Source of the DNA: Neophaeotheca triangularis
Taxonomy: Eukaryota
Direction of reading: 5' to 3'
DNA length: 64,000 bases
Assembly (NCBI GenBank): GCA_054600435.1
Contig: BAAIJX010000013.1
Coordinates: forward strand, 372,001 to 436,000
Shown here: positions 24,406-36,508 of the stretch, one piece after another
Position numbering within the stretch: position 1 is the first letter of the stretch
Layout of the letters: every line of letters begins with the position of its first letter
The notes under the pieces: model-generated
Database searches by the model: none
What the model saw: only the letters and a program-made list of their open reading frames with translations
What the model was told of the DNA's origin: nothing
Made by a program: the position numbers and the translations under genes

Positions 24406-24937
24406 ATGCAGACTGCACCTGGCAGGTCTCCTGCCGGCAAGGCGCCTGCCAAGCCGAGGAACTTTGTGAGTCACGCCATGGAGGAAGATGCATGAAAATA
24501 CATATCTGATAGTAATCACAGGGCCCATTCACCAACTACGAGTCGATTGTTCTGGCTGGAACCGTCCCCGCCGGCCTGGCCCCATACTCGTTGAGTCTTC
24601 CCTGCTCAGATATATGGAGAGCACATCTGATACATATCCAGTACGACGCAGCGGGCCACATCTCCGACTTGGTTTCTAGCGAGTTGGTCTGTCGGTTTGT
24701 TATCAAAGGTCAGTCAAATACATTTAATACCTTTCGCATACATAGCTGACGTCGATAGGCGGACACATTTGCGGTACTACCTTTCAGATGACCAATACCC
24801 TCCGCCAACACATCCGCTCGTTGAGCAGCACGCTTACAACGCGTGCCCGATACGTAGCTAATTCATCCTAGCACGCTGCTCAGGACATGACCGTTACGGA
24901 TGTCCATAGTCGTTTGGAGTCTGGGGGCTCCGGTTAA
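24406..24937 (+). CDS. Small multi-exon C2H2 zinc-finger-like gene (possibly a pseudogene)
   Basis: Exons 24406-24465, 24522-24590, 24642-24708, 24759-24820 and 24872-24937 give ..ELVCRFVIKGGHICGTTFQMTNTLRQHIRSH..; two of the donors read TTGAG instead of GTGAG. Confidence 0.5.
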
Positions 24938-25470
24938 TTTGGTGCTCGGGCGCTACTGGATACGGGGTGACATGGATGTTTTGCGTGCTTTCTTTTTTTG
25001 CTTTTTTTGGCCTTGCGAGGTACTGTCGCGTTGTCACTTCTTTGCTTGGAGGCTTTCGTGCTGGATGGTTCGCCTGCAGGGCAGAAGCCAATGCAGCAAG
25101 GTCGAGCATGAAGACATCGCAGCGAAGGCCAAGCTGGAGCAAGAGAAGAGAGCAGGAGAGAAGGGAGAGCAGAAGTAAGAAGAGGCAAAGGGGAGGGAGA
25201 CGGACACATTCAGTGATGTAAGCCAGTAAATTACCTCGACTGATTCAATTTTGCGCCGATGCATGGCAAACATCAGAGTGACCTCCTCTTTTATGCTTGC
25301 TGCCTTTCAACCAACAGATCGGCAAAAAGATACACAAGCGAGTAAGCAGTGAAGGATGGATGTGTTGAACCTACTGAAAACTGGCAAAAAGGAAAGGCTC
25401 TAGAGAGCTGAAAGGAAAACCTTTCTGAAGTCACCCCGAAGGGATCGCAGCGGTTTTGCGCTTTGCGGTG

Positions 25471-25705
25471 CGCCCGGGTCTTTGATTAACGTCATAACCG
25501 AGGAAGAGGACGCCCGAGTCTGTGATTAACGTCATAACTAAGGAAGAGGACGTCCAGGGTACTGGGGATCGAACCCAGAACCCCAGATGGGTGTTTATGG
25601 TCGCAATCGGTAGTCCGGATTGGGACCCCCGGGTCTTTGATTAGCGTGGTAACCAAGGGAGAACACGGTCGGGTCTTTGATTTACGCCATAACCAAACGA
25701 GAGGG
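25471..25705. repeat. Four degenerate 40-bp repeats in two tandem pairs around a tRNA-like T-arm/B-box
   Basis: Unit ~CCGGGTCTTTGATTAACGTCATAACCRAGGAAGAGGA at 25471, 25511, 25626 and 25666. CTGGGTTCGATCCCCAG on the minus strand at 25562-25578. Confidence 0.8.
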
Positions 25706-28127
25706 CGGATTTGTATTAGGTTTCTGCGCAAGTCGAATATATAGTCTGGAGGACTTTGGCTTGGGAGTGGATTGGTCTGTGCGGCGTGAGGTAGTGAGGT
25801 AGTGGTGTTGTGTTGGGTCAAGGTGGGACGCATACCTTCACTCACTACACTTCTCTCCTTCTCTGAACCAAACGTCGCAGCATTGTACGGCAGCGGCGCT
25901 GCTGCTTGTGGCATTCAACATCGGCGCAAGATATCGTGCTATCCACAGCATTTTCTTCATCTGCCGTCTGACATCGCACTACGTGCCTGGTGCACTCCCC
26001 CCCAGCCATTTGTTCTCCTTGAATTCTCCGCCTCGGCGAGACAGAAAGGCGAGAACTGAAGCCCTCACGGACAATGGAAAGAGCTCGATGATTGCGCAAA
26101 CCCGTCTGCTCGTTGGCCAAATGAAAAAGCTGCTGCAGCATCTGCACAACAGCGAGTGAAGTCCTGGCCATTGAGAAAGGAGGACCTCACGCCGATGGAA
26201 GCGTTCTCAAGAAGAGATAAAGTGTTCTGCGACGATGTAGAGGGCCTCTCCTAAGCATCGCGAGCACGAGTAAGCCAGGAGACCACATATCCAGCATCGC
26301 CAGGAAAGAGGAGATTCTTCCGGCCAATAGTGTGTACTGATTAGCGCCTGGTAGCAAGACCACGACGTTGAGGATAGCTTCACCCTCCATGCGCAGGCCA
26401 TCAGATTCAATGCCGTAGTGGTCCAATGCGCCAAGTCCTCAGCGGCCTGGCAAACCGAGCTTACCCACTCTACGGTCATTCCAGGACCCGTCACACAATC
26501 ATGACTTGGTTATGCTGGTCCTCTTGGTGCTTCCAAGAATTCTGGCAGCCAGGCAAGTGATGGAATCAGATCCGAGAGACATCAAGATGTCTTTGCTGCT
26601 TGTGGACAGCAACGCGGCTTTCCGGAAAGTGTGGACAGCATCAACTGGCCCGGGGAAGGGGCCGTGTGTGTCTCGCGACACGAGCATTGAAGTCAGATCT
26701 GTCCAATGACCGAGTAGCGAAGCAGCTGGCGGAGTGGTGACAATGCTTCTTTGGACCCTCTCTAAGACCATGATATCCTTGCTGCCGCTTTGCGACCGCA
26801 ATACGAGCGCCAGGCAGCCGGGAAATGCGAGCATCTTGCAGGGCTACTCGTTCGGTCATGGGAAAGGCAGTAGATTTCGGCTGATGGTCCAGGGTCGCCA
26901 TCTTCCATCTCGCTCGCTCGCGCGTTATACTCTCAACGCTCCGTCTTAGCGGCGGAGCCTGAGTATGACGGTAGTAACAATACGTTGATGAAGACAGAAA
27001 ACGGTATTTTCACAGCTTGAAGCAGACAGGACGAGACGAGATGAGGTTGGATTTGAAAAGCGGGTCTTGCGGAGCGTCGGCTCTTCCCTCTTGGGCTGAG
27101 AGATGCGAACACGCTCTCAATCACATTCTTTGCACTGGGCTTTTGTCTCTATGTCTTCGAGCACATCCATGGCTGGAGTACGAATGGCTACGTAGTACGT
27201 ACGCAGGGCATGCTGCGGAAGGTAGCTAAGAAGGATGAGTTACTACGACTACCTGTCTGAAAACACTCACAAACACCCTGTCACCAGCAACTGTGCCTCA
27301 ATTTCTACGCCGAGAGCACCTAGCAAACATCAAACTGCTCCCGAAAGCATGCTTTGAGTGATGCGCTGGCCAATGATCTTGCGAACACTTTCCATCTAGA
27401 GACCACGAGAGTGAGAGAGATGCTTAGAGTCGCGAAAAGTGTCTAACCCGGAGCACTACTGTTCCACGCCAATGTTATCGACGGCTACCTCGCAGTCATG
27501 GGCGTGGACTCCCTGCGCGCCTTTGATAATATCGTCGGTTCTCAGCCTCTAGATTGGTAGCCGCGCTACCTCGTAGTTTACACCCTTGCGCTCGCCGGGA
27601 GGGATGTCTGTTGGCTTGCTACAGCCACATCTACCTCATTCTCGGCGAGCTCTTACGAAAGCCTCGGGAATCGCCTGGGAGCAGATAGTGTGTCGGCCTT
27701 GTAAGGGCATGTCGAGGAGCGAGTCGCTGCGGTCAAGTGATGTCTACTCTTCTCGCCGGAGACTCTCGAAGCAGTTGGCAGCCAGCTCCCAGAGAACTAC
27801 CCTTACGAGACATGATCAAGCTTTGAAGCGCGCGACCTCTCGACTGGTCAAGCGGTGATGGATGTGGTGACCCTGATGGTGCGTCGGATCTGGTGGAGGA
27901 AGCAGAAGCTCGTGGTCCACCATTCCTTATGGTCTCAATAGAAATGATGAACAGTAGCGACTAGCGACCCATACAGAGATATCATGCTAGTAGGAGGTAG
28001 AGCAACAACAATAGCAGAACCTCGGTTAGGCCGTTGAGCCAGCACGAATGGGATTTGAAATTGGGAAGCTCGTGGCGGCAAGCAGATGGGGGTCCGGGAT
28101 GATTACATTTACAGGTGTTACCGAGCC

Positions 28128-28290
28128 AGTAGTACTACTAGTAGTACTACTAGTAGTAGTTCTTTAACTTCTGGCTTCGGGACGGGTGGGAGCGCGCACC
28201 AATTTTCCACCCACGGCGTCTAACTAGTAGTAGTAACTCTACCTAGCATTGGATCCTAGGTACTAGTAGTACTAGTAGTAGTAGTAGCTC
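28128..28290. repeat. TAG/CTA palindromic microsatellite patches
   Basis: AGTAGTACTACTAGTAGTACTACTAGTAGTAG and TACTAGTAGTACTAGTAGTAGTAGTAG. Confidence 0.8.
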
Positions 28291-29162
28291 AGTATGTAGC
28301 CTCTAGGCACTGTAGGCAGGTGATCAGTGGTCCGTGAGACGATCTTCATTTACCGCTGGACAAGGTTGTTTTATTAGCGTTACCGCGGAGCGAGCACTTT
28401 GGTAGCAATCTTACCACCACCCAACTACCTACCTAGGTGACTTGCCAATTTCGCCGCGAGCAAACCGCTGTGGGTGGGGAAGAGATAGAAGTCGACTCGG
28501 ATAGCACTGAAAGAGCACTCACAGTTATTACCTTACCTTGGCATTGATCAATAAAGCCCAGATGTTGTTAAGGTGGTGTTATTTAAAGTGGAAGTGGAAG
28601 TGCTGGTTGGTGACGTCGAGGTCGAGGCGAGAGCTTTTGAGCTAGGTACCTTACCTTCCTTACCTTCCAAAGGTAAAGCTTGCCCGGGTTTGGGAGGGGA
28701 GTGGACTCGGTGGTGGAGGGGCGCCTTTGTGCTGAGACTGACTTATTACCGACTGATGACTTAGAGGGAAATGCTTCCGGCCTCCCGCATAGGCAGCGTC
28801 ACTCCACTGCGGGCCACACTGGATGACTGGCAGATTGGTACCTCTTCTCTCGCTTTCTCTCCCTCTCTCTTCTCTCTGTGCCGTCCTCCTCCCTCCCTTC
28901 CTGTCCCTCTTCCTTCGACCTCGTCGCCGTTTTCGAGTCCTCGCCTAACTTATCACCTAATTGGAAGTCACGCAGTCGCTTGTTATTGACATCATCTCCA
29001 CCTCTGCGCTGCATGCTTCCACCTACCTTTTACCCTTAGGCTTACCCTCCCTCACCTTCCGCTTCAACCCCCTCCCGTACTCTCATCTCCAACCGCAAGC
29101 AATTACTACCTAGCAGGAGCATTGCTTCTTGTACCTCCTCCCTTCCATCACTAACCGCCGCC

Positions 29163-32106
29163 ATGTCAGCCCCAACAACCCCATACGGCAACGTGCCGCA
29201 GCTCAACACTCAGCAGCAAGGTCGCGGTTACGGTGGTACCGGTCCAGGCATGCTACAGCGATCAGGCACGGGTGTGAGCGACTTTGGCGCAACTCAAGGC
29301 AACCCTTCCGCTTCCACCTCGTCGCCGCTCGCACAGCAGCCAGCGCAGTCGCCGCAATCGCCGCAGTCGCCTCTATCGTCAACCCCACAAGGACAAAGCG
29401 CTTTCCGCGAGGAACTCGGCAACAGCCCGCAGCAGCAGCAGACGGGCGAGACTTCCACTCTCAACGAGGCCAATGGGTCTGCTCCGACTCTTGAGCGATC
29501 GACTTCGCGCGCGTCTACGGCTGTTCCGGCTGCGACGCCGTCACGGGGCGGTACGCTGAAGAAGAGAACTAGCCTCTCGCGCAAAGTCAGTTTGCGCCGC
29601 AGCGGTAGCAAGCGCAGCTTCAAAGCCGGCAGCATCAAGGGCATTGAAACCGACGACGACCACGACTACAACAGCGCATTCCACACACCTATTCCTACAT
29701 CTGGTGTCCCGACTGATGTGCTTGCGAACCGCTTCCAGGCTTGGCGCCAATTGCTCAAATCGCTCATCGCGTACTTCCGCGAAATTCAGACTTCTTACGA
29801 TCAGCGCGCCAAGGCTGTGCAGAAAGTGCAGAATACCATTCAAAACATTTCGCATCCTTCTTCCTTTATCAGTGACGGCGGTCTCGGCGAAGCCACGCGC
29901 ATCCTTACCGACTACCACAAACACACCATCACCGAAGCAAACAAGTCGCGGGACATTGAGAATGATGTCGTAGGAGCTCTAACCGGATTGAGGAGCGATC
30001 TGGGTCAGAAGATCAAAGAAATCAAGGGCTTGAGCGGGGACTTTAAGAACAGCGTCGACAAAGAGCAGGGATCAACGCGCAGAGCTCTGGATGGATATCA
30101 AAGTTCTCTTCAACACGTTGAACACGAGGATGCCAACGCCGGCAAGAACGACCCCTATCTTATGAAGCTGGGCGTTGATCGCTGTGTCGAGAGGCAGATT
30201 GATGAGGAAAACTACTTGCACAGAGTAAGAATTGCAGATCCCTCGATTTCTAACGAGCAATTAATTAACACATCAAAGGCCTATCTCAACCTCGAAAGCT
30301 CTGGTCGTGAACTCGAGTCCATCGTAGTGGGTGAGATTCAAAAGGCCTACAATGCGTTTGCTGGCATACTCAAGCGCGAAGGTGACGATGCTTTCAGCGT
30401 TGTTGAAAGCTTGCGCACCGGCCCAATTGCTCTACCAAAGGACATGGAGTGGAAGCGGTTTGTGGAGCACGACCCACACTTCATCAACCCCAGCCTTCCT
30501 CTCCGTCAGATTGAACAGATTGAATACCCCGGCAAGGATCACCCCTCTGGGATGGAAGTGCGCGCTGGTATGCTCGAAAGGAAGAGCAAGTACCTCAAGT
30601 CCTACACGCCTGGATGGTATGTCTTGTCCTCGACCCACCTGCACGAGTTCAAGTCGGCCGACAAGATTTACTCCCAACCGCCAATCATGTCGCTCTACCT
30701 CCCGGAACAGAAGCTGGGCTCCAAGAGTGAAGAAGGATCTTCATCCCACAAATTCATGCTCAAAGGCAAGCAGAGCAGCGGCATGCACCGTGGCCATAAC
30801 TGGGTTTTCCGTGCCGAGAGCTACGAGACTATGCTTGCATGGTATGAAGCGATCAAGGCTTTGACGGAGAAGACTGGCGAAGAGCGTAATGCGTACGTTC
30901 GCAAACATGCTAGCAGTGTCAGCGGCAACAGCGCTCGTAGTGTTAGCAGTGACGGTATGGAAGAAGACGAGGCGGACAAAGTACCTTACTCTGCCGATGC
31001 AGCGAGCCTTTCTGAGCAGAATCCTGTAGAGGAGAAGCCACAGCGGCCGCAGCCAGGTGAGTGAGTGGAGCCCCTTTTATTGCGTTCACCTAAACATTTT
31101 CGACTTGACATGACGCTGACAGTAATTCACCATAGGTGGAAGGTTCCCGTCTGATATGAACGTGCCGAGGAATGAGCCTTTGAGCCCTTCAGATGACAGT
31201 TCAGAAACAGATGCCATTGCCGCCTCCTCTGGAATGCCTGGGTCCGGTCAGCAAGAATACGAACAGAGTGGTGTGAACCCGTACGCTTTGGATGGTGTTG
31301 CCGCTGGCGCAGGTGTGGCTGGTGGAGCTGCCATGGCTCAGCGTCGTCAATATGAGCAGGAAAACAACCAGCCAGCACACGAAGAGATTGCCGACCGCAA
31401 CATCCAAGCCGACCACGATCGCAGCGAAATCGGACCAGCGCCGCCCACCCAGCAGTACTTTCCTCCGGTCCAACAACAGCCCATCATACCAATCTACCAA
31501 TCTGAGCCTCCTCAGCAGCAGCAAAACCCGTTTGATAGATTTCACGGCGCCGCAGCAGCCATGCCCGGTCGCTCCCCGGAACCCCGTAACTACAACTCCT
31601 CCCCCTTCCAAAGCATGGACGAGCCGCTAGCCGACCCAATACCAGCTGCCTCAACACCAGCTGCCCCAACACCAGCTGCACCCATGCCCGCCGAGCCCAC
31701 TCGCGCAGACACCCAGCAACCACTCTACCGCCACCAAAGCAGCTACGCAGACTGGCTCGCACCGGCCGCCGCGGGCGCAGGCGCGGGCGCTCTAGGCACC
31801 GCAGCTTACAACCACCACCGTGACAACAACAACGCCGCAGCTCCCGCTCCCGTCGAGCCCCCCGTCTCGTCGCAGGAACCCTACGGCGCTGCTACCTACT
31901 CCCCCGTCACCAACCAGGACTCGACGTTCGGCGGCAGCAGCGGTTTCAGCAACCGCACTTCCGCTAGCAATGGCAGAGGCAATGGGTTGGGGGGTTTGGA
32001 AAAGGAGGGTGCTCGCGAGACAGGCAATGTCATGCCCCCTGTCGTCAGACATGATACTGATATGAGTGTGAGCAAGTTGCACGTGCCTGGGGAATGGGGG
32101 AGGTGA
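29163..32106 (+). CDS. SLM1: BAR-PH domain protein, Slm1/Slm2-like (PI(4,5)P2 effector)
   Basis: PTDVLANRFQAWRQLLK BAR region; PH GMLERKSKYLKSY..YVLSSTHLHEFKS..HNWVFRAES. Introns 30225-30278 and 31057-31135. Confidence 0.82.
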
Positions 32107-32199
32107 AAATGGAGAAACAATACGAGGGATTCGTTTATGATGAGTTGGGGGGTGGGATATGGATGGGGCTGGCTGGGTTATAGAACGGAGCGCTACAGT

Positions 32200-34850
32200 A
32201 TCCTATGAGCTACGATGGGTCGGTTGTAGGTGGTTGGTTTGGAAGGGAGGATAACGAACGAGCGGCGCGTGGGTTTTGCTTTGGTTGATTCTTGCGGGGT
32301 TTTACGTTTGTTCTAGGCGCGTGTGGTTGCCGCCGCTTACGCTGCTGCTGTAGTGCCGGCTGCGCTTGGTCCGCAATAATGCAATTTGTGTTTCTGAAGG
32401 CCTTTTGGAATTTTCCTTTCAACTCTTCATCAAGCCCCATGCGGACTCTCAGGACACCGGGCCCCATCCCTTGCTTTGTGGATGCGCGAGAAGAGACGCT
32501 CTCGTCGGGCTTTGTCGCTGCTTCATGCAATTCCGCCGTTTCAAAGGCTTCGTGTGGTTGCGGCTGGCTCGCAAGAAGAAGGGACTCACACTTTGCTGCG
32601 TCGTGGCATGGCGAGGGGAGGCGAGTGGCCTCTTCGTCCGTTCGCCAGAGGCGGAGGTCTATACCATATATAGGGTTAGGGTTTGAGCATCACTGGAAAC
32701 TCAAACTTCGACAGTCGGGCTCAAACTGGACGACTTTGGCATCTACTCTGTATGAGGCACTCATGGTGGTCTTGGTGTGTACTGGTCAATTTGGCAACGG
32801 GGAGATCGTTAGTTGACGACAGAGAGAGGACACGGAGTGGGGCATTGCTGGTGCGCAGCATCTTTCAACCCACACCAAAGCACGAAGACACACACGGCTT
32901 TAGCGATTGTGCCTTTTCCAGACGGAGAAACAGGCTGGAGCCTCGTGTCTTTCCCACTACCGCTATCGAGGTACCTATCCCGTCCACACCCAGATCAGCT
33001 CAACCGAGATCCCCGACCCCCCAAGCCACCACCCTCCCTGCCTCCCGTGACCCCAGCTTCCGCACCCTCGTCCGCAGCCTCCCGACGCCGCCGCAACCCC
33101 GGACCCCCCCTAACGGCCATCTCCCCGCTCGCAGGACTTACTCCTACAGCCAGTTGCCGGGCGAGCAGCTAGCGCGAACGAAGAACAGAACCACATGCGC
33201 TTCTTCTGGTTCATCCCGAGCGTTCCCCGGAGCCGGTGATCTGGTGAAAAGCCGTGTTTGTTTCTCTCGAGCCAAGCCACGCCGCGCAAGGTCCTTTCCT
33301 CTTCTCTTCTTCGCTACCGAGTTGTTGCGGCGGAGCGTTGGGGTCGGAAGGGTTGCGGGGCCACTTGGGTGTGGAGGTTGCGTGGCTCAGGGTGGGGTTT
33401 GGAGGCTGGGGGTTTACTTGCAGCTGGGTTCGCGGCGGAGAAGTGTAGGGTCTCCTGAAGGTTAGCGCGGATCCATGTGGTGGTGGTGATGCGGAAGGGT
33501 CACTGGTGGTCTGGAGCTCTTGGCTCTTGGTGACTTGCCCTTGGGATTGGGATTCTTTTTGTACTCGCGGCCTTGAAGGGAAGGGCTGTGGAAGCACTGC
33601 TTGGGTTGTCTGAGGCAGTTGATGGCTTACTGAAAGTCGAGAGTATTTGAGATGTCTTATGCATACAAGTTGCATTTCGTGTTATGTCTACTTGAATCAT
33701 CTTGGTTAACGCCATGGCTATGGCGATCCATCCTCAGCACCGCGTAGAGGTGTGATTAGATTGCTGGGATTGGTTTGGTAGCTGGGTTACCCCCCGGGTA
33801 TGTCTTCATTTATTTGAAGTGTTTGTGATTGCGGAGTTACCAGCTCTCGTGCTTAAACCACTCACCGATGGCTTCGGCCATCAGCCTTTTGAGGAGGGTG
33901 GTGGAAGCCTTTAGCCTCCGCTTGTTCGGCACTGGTTGCTGCGGTGGGGCGTCGGTTGTTGGCGCCGTTGTTGCATGAGGCGCTAGCATGTTATTCGGCT
34001 AGCAGCCTTTGGTGAAGGGGGAAAGGGGGCTGAGGGTGTTGGCCTGGCGGGTTTGACCCATTGGACCTACCTGTTGCTGACATTGGAAGCCGGGCTGTAG
34101 GTATGATTAAGCCATGGTGTTGGCATCAAATCGCTCTCGAGTTAGCCATACACTCGTTGGTCGAGCGGAAATGGTGCCTCTGGTTGACATCGCCGCTGGC
34201 AGGCTCTTTGGAGTATTTCGGCAAAGGCGACACCCGGTTGAGAAGCGTTGCTCAGTTGGTCGCTGCCGGGCTCTTCAGCCATCATGCCTATTTGCCGTTG
34301 CATTGATGCTGGGGGTGCCATATCGTTAGCGCTCTGCCTTGGCTGATGCGCCTATTCTGCTTGAAGTTGCGTCTGCGGCATCCGTGTCGATCACCCTGAA
34401 AGCATGGCAGTTTTACTAGCACGCTGTCGTAAAAGGCTGCGAGCATGGTATCTGCTCTCTCGTTTGGAGGCCTTGACGGACCGGATGCCGCGACATTTGC
34501 ACCGCATTCTCAGCCGTTGCGTCTACCGCACGATGGGCAAGGTATACACTTTCCATGGTGTCGTCTGTGACAGGTGCGGCATCTTGGAATCGGCCTGCAT
34601 TCCCCTCCGTGCCTCCTGTTGCAACTCCTGCAGTCGTGTACAGCAGATCGCCTTGCGGAGTAGAGCTTGCGCCCTGCTACGGCACAGTACCTTGTGAGCT
34701 AAAGCTTGCGCTATGCTGCGGCATTTGAGGTTTGCCCTGTGAGCTGGAGCTTGTGCTCTGGTGCGGCGCATTGGCATTTGTGCAGCTGGGTGCCTTCAAT
34801 ACAACCCGTGTCCCCTAGGGGATGCTCTGAGTTTGTAGCAGGTTCCATAT
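32200..34850 (-). pseudogene. Probable decayed low-complexity gene (no intact ORF)
   Basis: The minus strand reads as protein-like P/Q/S/T-rich fragments broken by stops (e.g. ..FSSQGTVP*QGASSTPQG..). Three ~40-45-bp repeats at 34651, 34690 and 34735; branch/acceptor-like GCTAACCTTCAG near 33455-33466. Confidence 0.3.
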
Positions 34851-35147
34851 GAAATTCGAAATCTACCTAGAGATCAGGAAGAAGAGAAAGAAAGAGTGAA
34901 ATGTGCAAAACGTAGAAGCCTCCAAGAACTCACCGTACAGGGGTCCAAGCTTACATTGAAGGGTGTCGCTGTCGTGGCCTCAGACCAGAACCCGACTCTA
35001 CGCTCCAACAGGGTATGCCCTCTACGCTTCCTCTGGCACCTACTGACACTGCCACAATGGAACCTTCTCGTTGCTTGCTCGAGGTGATTTGGCTTTGATC
35101 TGATCTTCTGCCGAACCAATGCTTAGGCTGACGTTATATATCCCCCT

Positions 35148-36284
35148 TTATACAAACGACCTCAAGAATTCAGCCAACAGCAGCATGCCCATCGCTTGCC
35201 CATACGGCATTGCAGTTCGACTTATGTTGTAATAATGTTGAAGGTCGCTTCCCATGCCAGTGCCGAAGCTGACGTCCTGCAGCTCACCCTTGTCATCGAT
35301 CCTCGTCACGACTGCATTCAAAGCCTTCATCGCCACGTCCTTATATTCCTTGCCGATATACCTTTTCCTCTCAGCCTTGAGGATACCGTAAGCGAATCCA
35401 GCTGTAGCTGAGGACTCTATGTAGCTGCCCTCGCTATCTGGCTTGTCAAGGATCGTCCTCCAGCTTCCGTCAGGGGTTTGTAGGCGTTTGAGAGCTGCAC
35501 ATTGTGCCTCGAGGGTATCGATGAGGTGGAGTCTCAGCGCATCATTTGGTGGCAAGTTCAGCAGCTCAATGAAGTCAGGAATTACAATCGTCAACCACGC
35601 ATTGCCTCTCCCCCAGCGAGCACGGGCGAAGTTGTGGCCGACACCTCCTTCAGCGCTCTCATCAAACTTCCAGCCGTGGAAGAATAGTCCTGTCTTCGCG
35701 TCGAAGAGATACTTGATATGCAGCATGAATTGGCGTTTCGCCTCCTCGACGTAGTGCGGCCGGTCAAGCAAGAGCCCGATCTTCGCCAGCGGCATGACAG
35801 TCATCATCAGTGTGTCGTCCCAGAGCTCGTTGTGGTTGGTTTCCAGATAGGTCATATGCTGCATCCCGCCAAATCGCGTACGGGGCAAATCATGCATGAC
35901 CCATTCAGCCCACGAATCGAGCCAAGGCAGCCAAGTAGGGTTTCGATCGCTCTCGTAGAGATATGCCAGCGTGAGGAAAGGCGACATGGTGTTGATGTTC
36001 TTGGTGGTGCCTTCGCTCAAGCGGCCAGAGAACCAGTCTAGCATTACTTGCTTTGCGCTTTCGCTGCCGGTCAGGGTGTGGTATTGGTAGAGGCCGTAAA
36101 GGCCAATTCCGTGGGTCCATTCCCAGTCGTTCCAGCCTTTGGTGTCAATTACTCGGCCGTCTGGAAGGCGGAGGAGAAATTCGCCCGTTGTGTCTTTGAT
36201 ATTAACAAGGTTTTGAGTAAGAAGATCGATTTTGGAGCGAATCTCGGCGGCTGAGTAGCCGGCAACTTGCAGTGCTGTAGGCAT
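35148..36284 (-). CDS. GH105 unsaturated rhamnogalacturonyl hydrolase (YteR-like), no signal peptide
   Basis: WEWTHGIGLYG, ELWDDTLMM, HNFARARWGRGNAW, ESSATAGFAYG, PYGQA motifs of the GH105/GH88 (alpha/alpha)6 barrel. Confidence 0.9.
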   Translation of the reverse strand: MPTALQVAGYSAAEIRSKIDLLTQNLVNIKDTTGEFLLRLPDGRVIDTKGWNDWEWTHGIGLYGLYQYHTLTGSESAKQVMLDWFSGRLSEGTTKNINTMSPFLTLAYLYESDRNPTWLPWLDSWAEWVMHDLPRTRFGGMQHMTYLETNHNELWDDTLMMTVMPLAKIGLLLDRPHYVEEAKRQFMLHIKYLFDAKTGLFFHGWKFDESAEGGVGHNFARARWGRGNAWLTIVIPDFIELLNLPPNDALRLHLIDTLEAQCAALKRLQTPDGSWRTILDKPDSEGSYIESSATAGFAYGILKAERKRYIGKEYKDVAMKALNAVVTRIDDKGELQDVSFGTGMGSDLQHYYNISRTAMPYGQAMGMLLLAEFLRSFV

Positions 36285-36508
36285 GGTGGGAGTTTGCTGT
36301 AGATTCGGAGCCCTGCGGTTTGAGTTCGTAGCGTGGCTTATCCCGTGCGAAATCCCGGAAAGTCGATTTCTGCTCTACCGGCGAGATCCTACCTCAAGTA
36401 GTAGCTATGAGATCTGCTCTCTGAGGCTCGTGAATCGTAGCTTGACAACGTGGCCAATATCCCTTACTCGCGATAACAGTGGAGCTCGCCTAGGCCCACA
36501 ATTGTGCT

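Noticed and set aside
25556..25630. Intact tRNA gene
   Set aside because: Only a T-arm is present; I could not build a D-arm, A-box or matching acceptor stem.
25471..25705. CRISPR-like array
   Set aside because: Eukaryotic context, head-to-tail degenerate repeats without regular unique spacers, and no cas genes.
25900..28100. Transposon or gene in the gene-free region
   Set aside because: Only short, mutually inconsistent ORFs; no transposase, RT or integrase motifs and no terminal repeats recognised. May be decayed sequence.
32671..32684. AAACCCTAACCCTA (minus strand) as a telomerase RNA template
   Set aside because: Only ~560 nt lie downstream before the SLM1 CDS, too little for a filamentous-fungal TER core. 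The plus strand offers only CCCTAAC (33108-33114), and the CR4/5-like fold at 34687-34764 is explained by tandem repeats containing AGCT.
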